Below are positions 57,879 to 64,000 of a stretch of 64,000 nucleotides of DNA, in pieces. How positions within the stretch are numbered: position 1 is the first letter of the stretch; each line of letters begins with the position of its first letter. The notes beneath the pieces were generated by a model. The model was not told where the DNA came from and did not search any database. It saw only the letters and a list, made by a program, of their open reading frames with translations. Source of the DNA: a virus. Taxonomy: Duplodnaviria > Heunggongvirae > Uroviricota > Caudoviricetes. The position numbers and the translations under genes are program-made. Where the stretch lies: IMG/VR virus record IMGVR_UViG_3300014047_000001, positions 1 through 64,000 of that record; one strand, 5' to 3'.

Positions 57879-58173
57879 AATTGATTGGAATTTGATGCAT
57901 CTCGTTGATAAAGATTTACGAGAAGCTATAGGTATAGAATCACGTGATTGGAAATTTAATAATAGTCCTGCTGGAATGATTAATGTCGCAAGACGTGAGA
58001 AAAAACTTGATCCATTCCATTATTTACGAGAAGCTGTTAGTTATATTTTATTACAGAAAACATCAACAATAGAAGATGAAGAAGAAGCAGCAAAGTTTAT
58101 GAACAATGGAATACATGGATTTAGTGTATTCATTGAAGAAAATGAAAATCTTAAAAAGTTTTTAGATTCTTGA
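57871..58173 (+). CDS. hypothetical protein
   Basis: 100-aa ORF. Confidence 0.45.
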   Translation: MSKIDWNLMHLVDKDLREAIGIESRDWKFNNSPAGMINVARREKKLDPFHYLREAVSYILLQKTSTIEDEEEAAKFMNNGIHGFSVFIEENENLKKFLDS

Positions 58174-58236
58174 CTTTGGATAAACTATTATTTGATTGTT
58201 AAATATAATTAATGTATCAAAAAATAATTTAGAAAA

Positions 58237-58794
58237 ATGAGAGAGAATATTAATAAACGTGTATAGTTTACTAAGTCAAGAAATGTAAAAACTCCAGTTC
58301 GTGCCAACCGTCATGACGCTGGTACGGACTTTTTTGTACCTTTTTATGATCAGCAATTTATTGAAGATATGCTGATTAAGAATAAGGATAATAGAATTTT
58401 CTATAGACCTATTCTTGATGAAAATAATACTGTAGTAGATATGGAATTTGTTATTCCTGCAGGAGAGCAGATTAACATCCCTTCTGGTATTCATGTATGG
58501 ATTCTTGATAAGTCTACATTCCTTCAGGCTACTAATAAATCTGGTGTAGCATCAAAGTTTCATTTGGATGTAATGGCAAATACTATTGATGCAGATTATC
58601 AGGGTGAAGTGCATATCAACTTAAGTAATAATGGTAATACAGAAATTACTATTAAGACTGGTCAGAAGCTTGTACAGTTTATTCATAAGGAATATATTGA
58701 TACAGAATGGGAAGAAATTTCTACAGATGATTATGCAAAGATTGATGTATCTGACAGAGGATCCGGTGCATTTGCAAGTACAGGAAGTTTTTAA
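58237..58794 (+). CDS. dut: dUTPase
   Basis: ATG at 58237 is in frame with track ORF 58369..58794, across a TAG at 58264. Motifs DAGTD and C-terminal RGSGAFASTG are present. Confidence 0.7.
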
Positions 58795-58813
58795 AATTAA
58801 TTATTAATTAACC

Positions 58814-59959
58814 ATGATAGCAGTACCTGATAACTTATTGTTACAACCACATATACAAAAGGTATTAAATGCTTATAAACATCAGTATAATCAGAATTCT
58901 TATGGTGGATTATATATAAAATCTATTACAACAGAATTAAATTATTATGAGGTGTTAGATGGTGCTGAAACTTATAAGCGTGGTAAAGTAAAAGAATTTT
59001 TATATAAGATTACAAATTTTTTTGGCCTTACTAATAAAAATTTGGAATATGTGGAATTTAATATTTCTAATTTACGTAATTGGGTATATTATCCAACTTT
59101 CGATCCTAAACCAACAGAAGTTGGTATTAAACGATTTGAATATGAATATAGAGAATGTAATTGGAGTAAACGACCTACATTTACTTTTGATATACCAAAG
59201 GTATTAAGTGAAATGCATAATATACCTATAATAACCCGCCAAATGGTTATTGATGCTATTAATAAAGCATTACATATATCAAATAATCAATTGACTTTAT
59301 ATGTAAGAAACGTGGAAGTTGATGGAAAACCTTGTACTATTAAATTTATATTTGACATTGTTAGCTATGATACAAATTATGTTCCTATAGAAGATGATAT
59401 AACTAAACTTGGCCAAGAAGCACTTACAAACTTCTTATCAAATGTTAAGAATCATGCAATGCTGACGAAGATAAACAGTATAGAAAATGGCAAAGTTAAT
59501 ATTGCAAAAGACGGTACAGAAACATATGTATTAGACGAATATATACCAAGTATAGAAGAAATGATAATGTTCTCAGATTTTGCATTAAAACAAAATGGTA
59601 TAGAGTTAAAGTCATTCTTTAAGAAAAAACTTGAAAATTATGAACGTACTGAGTTACAAGCATTTTATGATAAAAGTCAATTATTGAATTATATAGATCC
59701 TAAAACAATATTTAATGAAGCTGCAGCAGATAAGGAAGATGATATTAAGCCAAAGGCAGTAAAGACACGTGTTAGAAAAAAGAAAGAAGAAACAAAAAAA
59801 GAAACTGCCGAAGAGAAAGTCATTAAAGACACAAAAGTTAAAGTAGCAAAAACAACCACAAAAACCACAAAAACCACAAAGGCTACTAAGAAAAAAGACG
59901 ACGAAAAAGAAAAGAAAATAACAAGAAAGACTGCAGCAAAAAAGAAGAAGGAAAATTAA
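58814..59959 (+). CDS. hypothetical protein with Lys/Thr-rich basic C-terminal tail
   Basis: 381-aa ORF. A tandem 9-nt ACAAAAACC repeat encodes TTKTTKTTK. Confidence 0.5.
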   Translation: MIAVPDNLLLQPHIQKVLNAYKHQYNQNSYGGLYIKSITTELNYYEVLDGAETYKRGKVKEFLYKITNFFGLTNKNLEYVEFNISNLRNWVYYPTFDPKPTEVGIKRFEYEYRECNWSKRPTFTFDIPKVLSEMHNIPIITRQMVIDAINKALHISNNQLTLYVRNVEVDGKPCTIKFIFDIVSYDTNYVPIEDDITKLGQEALTNFLSNVKNHAMLTKINSIENGKVNIAKDGTETYVLDEYIPSIEEMIMFSDFALKQNGIELKSFFKKKLENYERTELQAFYDKSQLLNYIDPKTIFNEAAADKEDDIKPKAVKTRVRKKKEETKKETAEEKVIKDTKVKVAKTTTKTTKTTKATKKKDDEKEKKITRKTAAKKKKEN

Positions 59960-59982
59960 TTCCTTCTTCTTTATTTTTATAA

Positions 59983-61020
59983 TTATTTTAACATTGAATA
60001 TCTGAATACTTTATTTGGACACCATTTATTAAAGAATTCCCCTGGTACCCACTTACCATTCCTTAATTTAATTTTATCAGATTCTTTCTTGGTTAATGAT
60101 GCATTCATATCATGGAGTAATTCTCTACGACGTTTACACCATTCTTTATATTCTGGTGTATCTTTCTTGAATTCATGTGTTGCCCATTCTTCCCAAGCAT
60201 CTAATTCTGCAGAATATTTTTTATATTCAGGATCTTCAAATTTTGAATATGAACCAGGTTTGTTTAATACCTTTTTATACTTCTGTTGAAGTTCATCATA
60301 TTTTGCTGTATATGCATCATAATATGGTGTATCTATTTCCTCTATATATTTTTCTAACTGCATTAATTCAACATACATATTAAAAGCAGTTTCTTCATCA
60401 TATCTTGTTATAGGTTGACCATTAGAATTTCTTTCAATTTTGTCTTGTTTCTTTTGTTTCTTTTCATCAACATAATAAGTGACTTTACCTGTTTGTTTTA
60501 TTATAAAACCGTATGTATATATTTCTCCATTAAAATAAAAACTATTGGTATCAAAAGAAACAAACACTAATCCTTTATCCGGAGAAACTAATAAATCTCT
60601 GCACTTCTACTTTGCATCCTATTCATCTTCATCATATAAATCCAGCTATCGAAGTATTTCTACAAAATCTTCATCCTTATGATGTAAATATGCCCAGTTG
60701 AATCCATTACGTAAAATCTTAACATAATCCGAAATAGGTTTACTCCATTCAAATCTATTAGTTACACGCTTTTTAGAACCATACCAATATACAGGCATTT
60801 CATCTTTGTCTATTGCATCTTTACCACCACGCATGAATGGGATATTCATTGACTGCAGAATTGCACTAATTTTTACATTTTTCTATACAGCATCTCTCAT
60901 AGCAGATGTAAGGTGAGAATTTTTATTATCTGTACTTACACTGCTAAAATCAAATGCTTCATTTATTTCTTTTTTTACTATCTTTGCCACCTCGTTTATA
61001 ATTTTACTATATAAAGACAT
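59983..61020 (-). CDS. hypothetical protein (345 aa) sharing an N-terminal module with the DUF285 gene
   Basis: Track ORFs 59983..60567 and 60646..60849 share a frame, joined by TAGs. It is extended to an ATG near 61020. The N-terminus [25 protein letters not shown] closely matches that of the adjacent gene. Confidence 0.5.
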
Positions 61021-61041
61021 AAATTAAAATTATATTTTTTA

Positions 61042-61929
61042 TATTTATTTTTTAATATTTTTTGGCTTATATTCATCTATAATATTACAATTATCAAACA
61101 TATATTCTATACTACACCTAGGATTTATATTCCAATTACTAATATCATGATTAAATTCTGTATTTTCAAACATAAAGCTCATTGTCATAACATTACTAAC
61201 ATCCCATTTACTGATATTCTAATTAAATGATGAGCGCTGAAACATCTAAGACATTGAAGTAACATTACTAACATTCCAATTACCAATATTTCTATTAAAA
61301 ACAGAATGTGCAAACATATAATGCATATTAGTAACATTTCCTACATCCCATTTGCTGATGTTATTATTAAATTTAGAATATGAAAACATATAGCTCATAT
61401 CTGTTATATTTTCAACATCCCAATTACTTATATCTCCATTAAATTCAGACTGCCAAAACATATATTGCATATTTATTACATTACTTACATCCCAATTACT
61501 TATATCACCGTTGAATATTGAATTTGCAAACATATAATCCATATTAGTTACCTTACTTGTATTCCACTAAGATATATCACCATTGAATTTGGTATTTTCA
61601 AATATATTTGACATATTAGTAATATCAGATGTATCCAGCCAATTAAGATCGCAATCAGGTCCAAAGAGTTTTATAGAACGAGTTACTATTGCTTTTAATT
61701 CCATTCTACTGATAGGTTTAACAATAGGCATAGAATTTTTCATAGATTTTAAAAATTCTTTTTCTTCCTATGTTAATTTTTTATATGGTGTTTTTATAAG
61801 TTCCCTAATTTTTGGAAATATATTTATAGGTTTCTTTCCTTTATTAATAGATCCAAAATCAAATGCTTCATTTATTTCTTTTTTAACAACTTTTGCAACT
61901 TCATTTATAATTTTTTTATATAATGACAT
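61042..61929 (-). CDS. DUF285 (PF03382)-type repeat protein
   Basis: Track ORF 61246..61542 is extended in both directions through TAGs: 5' to an ATG near 61929 and 3' to a TAA near 61042. It carries about seven repeats of F..S.FNGDIS.W(D/N)VSNVT.M..MF. The antisense track ORF 61583..61978 is hydrophobic low-complexity. Confidence 0.55.
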
Positions 61930-61983
61930 AAACAAAATTATAATTTTTTTATATTTATTATATAAATGTAGTTATTAATATTT

Positions 61984-62262
61984 ATGGAAGATGAAGATTT
62001 TAAAGAGATTGAATGTACTATAACTGTCACTTGCCGTACACCTTTATGCATGGTAGAAGACGGTAATAGTATACAAGAAAGAATGAAAGCTTTCCAAAAG
62101 ATGATAATCGACGATTTAGATTATCCTTGGAATTCTTATGGAGACTTTGATTATAAAATAGAATCAGCAAAAACAAAACTTATTGATACTAACACTGAAG
62201 ATGGTGTACCTGTTGATTTAGAAGAATTAAAAGATGCGCCAATAGATATAGAAGAATATTAA
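61984..62262 (+). CDS. hypothetical protein
   Basis: 92-aa acidic ORF. Confidence 0.4.
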   Translation: MEDEDFKEIECTITVTCRTPLCMVEDGNSIQERMKAFQKMIIDDLDYPWNSYGDFDYKIESAKTKLIDTNTEDGVPVDLEELKDAPIDIEEY

Positions 62263-62264
62263 TT

Positions 62265-62984
62265 ATGAAAGAATATACACAAGAGGAATTAAGACAACAT
62301 ATTATTTGTACATTTCCACACGGTTCATCTGTATATAACATTATGCCTACAGAATTTTCTGATATAGACATAATTGCTATTGTAGATGATTCCCTTGATT
62401 TTTCAGAATATCCAAATAAGATATATGAGCAAACATATAATCTTGAATTAAAGGATTTTCCTGGTACTGTAACATTTAATCAGCAACCAATTAATAGAGA
62501 TTATATGGATTTTGATTTTCAGTATATCAATGAATCGACTTTTATTGAAATGATGAAGAATCACCATATTATAGCTATTGAAAGTTTATGGTTAAGAGAA
62601 GATTTATATCATGGTAAATTTGATTATGCCAAATATTTTACATTAGATAAATGGAAGTTGCGCCAGGTAATCTCTGGTATTGTTAATAATTCTTGGGCAA
62701 AGTGTCATAAGAAGTTAACGGTTGAAAAAGATTATGATTTCTATAGAGCCATCAAATCATTATTCCACTGTTTACGCTTATATACATTTGGTATTCAGAT
62801 TGCAAGAGATGGTAAGATAACAGATTATTCTGCTGCTAATCATTATTGGGAAGATTTATGGAACAAAGATATTGTTCCTTCACATAAATGGGAAGATTAT
62901 AAAGCATTATATCAACCACAATTGAATGCTTTACGTAGTGAGTTTGTTAAATATTGTCCAAAACCTGTACAAAATGGTAAATAA
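62265..62984 (+). CDS. nucleotidyltransferase-domain (Pol-beta-like minimal NTase) protein
   Basis: hGS...SDIDII motif (FPHGSSVYNIMPTEFSDIDIIAIVDD). Confidence 0.45.
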   Translation: MKEYTQEELRQHIICTFPHGSSVYNIMPTEFSDIDIIAIVDDSLDFSEYPNKIYEQTYNLELKDFPGTVTFNQQPINRDYMDFDFQYINESTFIEMMKNHHIIAIESLWLREDLYHGKFDYAKYFTLDKWKLRQVISGIVNNSWAKCHKKLTVEKDYDFYRAIKSLFHCLRLYTFGIQIARDGKITDYSAANHYWEDLWNKDIVPSHKWEDYKALYQPQLNALRSEFVKYCPKPVQNGK

Positions 62985-63147
62985 CAGAAATACAAAAGCT
63001 GTATTAAAATATAAATCATTTTATGAGCAGCGTTATTTATGTGATTTCGTAAATGCATATAATGTAGAAATTGTAAGTATTATACCATATAATAATTTAA
63101 TAACATTATTTTATTATGAATCTGATACAAATTCAAAAGACGTATGA
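62974..63147 (+). CDS. small hypothetical protein
   Basis: ATG inside track ORF 62926..63147. It overlaps the end of the previous gene. Confidence 0.3.
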   Translation: MVNNRNTKAVLKYKSFYEQRYLCDFVNAYNVEIVSIIPYNNLITLFYYESDTNSKDV

Positions 63148-63440
63148 AAATAACAAAGATAGAATTTATTGAACATATTGTTCCCAAAGGGAGTTGTGGT
63201 ACCGGATATTCAGAACCTGATAAATTTCATATATATGGAGATAACGGTTTAGAAACTGATATATTAGTGGATATTTGGTATAAACAAGAAAAATATGTTA
63301 AAAGAGAATTTATTAACGGTTTAAGATGGGCTGGTTGGGATAATTGTGAAAATATTGATGAAGCATTTGAAATGTATATAAATGCATTGAAACCTACAAA
63401 CAGCTGCCCATATTATTGGTTAAAAAGACATAAAAAATGA
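63144..63440 (+). CDS. hypothetical protein
   Basis: 98-aa ORF. Confidence 0.4.
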   Translation: MKITKIEFIEHIVPKGSCGTGYSEPDKFHIYGDNGLETDILVDIWYKQEKYVKREFINGLRWAGWDNCENIDEAFEMYINALKPTNSCPYYWLKRHKK

Positions 63441-63859
63441 AAATATCTGTAGATCACGTTACATTTCCAAAGAATTCAAATGCTGAAGCACATGAACATG
63501 CCGGTATTTTTACAATACCAAATAATGACATGTTTTTCAGTAGTCCTGGATATTTCTGTAATTTATGCCTTAGTGTAGAAGGTATAAAATTTTTGGAGCT
63601 TTCTAAAAAACCATTTGATGGAATTTTTAATGTAACTGTATTAGAAGAAGATCCACCAAAAGTCCCTGAAGGAGATAACTTAAATACAGTACAAGATTTA
63701 ATAAATTATCTTTCTACATTAGATACCAAAAAATATATTAGTGGAGAATATGTTAAAATCATTCTGGATGCACATATTGGTAATGAAAGCAGACCTTTAT
63801 TGAAATCTCTTATAAAAAATGAAGGTGATCATTATACATTTGGTCCAATGATATATTAA
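63437..63859 (+). CDS. hypothetical protein
   Basis: 140-aa ORF. Confidence 0.45.
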   Translation: MKISVDHVTFPKNSNAEAHEHAGIFTIPNNDMFFSSPGYFCNLCLSVEGIKFLELSKKPFDGIFNVTVLEEDPPKVPEGDNLNTVQDLINYLSTLDTKKYISGEYVKIILDAHIGNESRPLLKSLIKNEGDHYTFGPMIY

Positions 63860-63870
63860 ATATAGGTAAT

Positions 63871-64000
63871 TATGAAAGAGCCAATTACACGTATAATAAA
63901 AGTAAGGTTTATTGATAAGGATAACTCTATACATAAATATAATACTCCTTATTATGTACGAGTTTTTAATTGGTCAATTAAAGATTTTGTTGAGCCTTTA
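63871..64000 (+). CDS. hypothetical protein, 3' end outside window
   Basis: ATG at 63871 with an open frame to the window edge. Confidence 0.3.

Noticed and set aside
61583-61978. Plus ORF 61583..61978
   Set aside because: It is antisense to the DUF285 gene and its 5' extension. The translation is an Ile/Phe/Leu-rich AT-bias artefact.
1-64000. Treating TAG as a normal stop, which gives many short independent genes
   Set aside because: Frame continuity, conserved motifs encoded across TAGs, and exclusive use of TAA/TGA at gene ends (often in overlap with the next start) all argue against it.
1-64000. TGA reassignment (code 4), as in some crAss-like phages
   Set aside because: TGA clearly terminates genes here, for example 296-298, 9980-9982, 28133-28135 and 31710-31712, each with an immediately following or overlapping ATG.
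1-64000. CRISPR arrays, rRNA or tRNA genes
   Set aside because: No spaced direct-repeat arrays are present. The few non-coding gaps (862-1190, 6136-6383, 53453-53589) were scanned by eye for T-loop GTTCRA plus acceptor complementarity, and nothing convincing was found. A tRNA scan should still be run.

Overview
This is an AT-rich (about 30% GC) phage window, densely coding in co-directional blocks and most consistent with a large contractile-tailed (T4-like myovirus) phage of a Bacteroidota-type host. The decisive observation is that TAG is not a stop codon here. Throughout the window, consecutive six-frame ORFs share the same frame and are separated only by TAG, and conserved motifs read straight through TAG codons. 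TAA and TGA are the real stops, often as ATGA or TAATG overlaps with the next start. Reading TAG as Gln merges the fragmented ORF track into long genes. These include a 1191-aa tape-measure-like protein, a 1345-aa repeat protein, a 1026-aa lysozyme plus M15 peptidase virion lysin, structural genes of about 523, 887 and 551 aa, and a 731-aa T4 gp17-like large terminase.

In-frame TAGs are concentrated in structural and packaging genes. Replication and nucleotide-metabolism genes (dCMP deaminase, polynucleotide kinase, clamp loader, PRPP-synthetase-like, metallophosphatase, HD hydrolase, Nudix) have essentially none. No suppressor tRNA or release-factor gene was found in this window.

Recognisable genes include:
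- packaging and virion: large terminase, baseplate spike (gpV/gp5 OB-fold), gp19-like tail tube, tape-measure-like protein, GH24 lysozyme plus M15 peptidase lysin;
- replication: gp44-like clamp loader;
- nucleotide and NAD-related: dCMP deaminase, dUTPase, T4 Pnk-like kinase/phosphatase, Nudix hydrolase, Prs-like phosphoribosyl-pyrophosphokinase with an adjacent HAD hydrolase, HxGH cytidylyltransferase (PPAT/NMNAT-like), HD phosphohydrolase, metallophosphatase;
- host-like: an SPFH/band-7-like lipoprotein on a higher-GC island;
- surface-repeat proteins: a 1274-aa BspA-type leucine-rich-repeat protein with four internal modules of about 300 aa, flanked by two near-identical hairpins, and a DUF285-repeat protein.

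Several paralogous gene pairs are present. Coordinates are taken from the ORF track where possible. Single-base positions from my manual reading may be off by 1-3 nt, especially at homopolymer runs.
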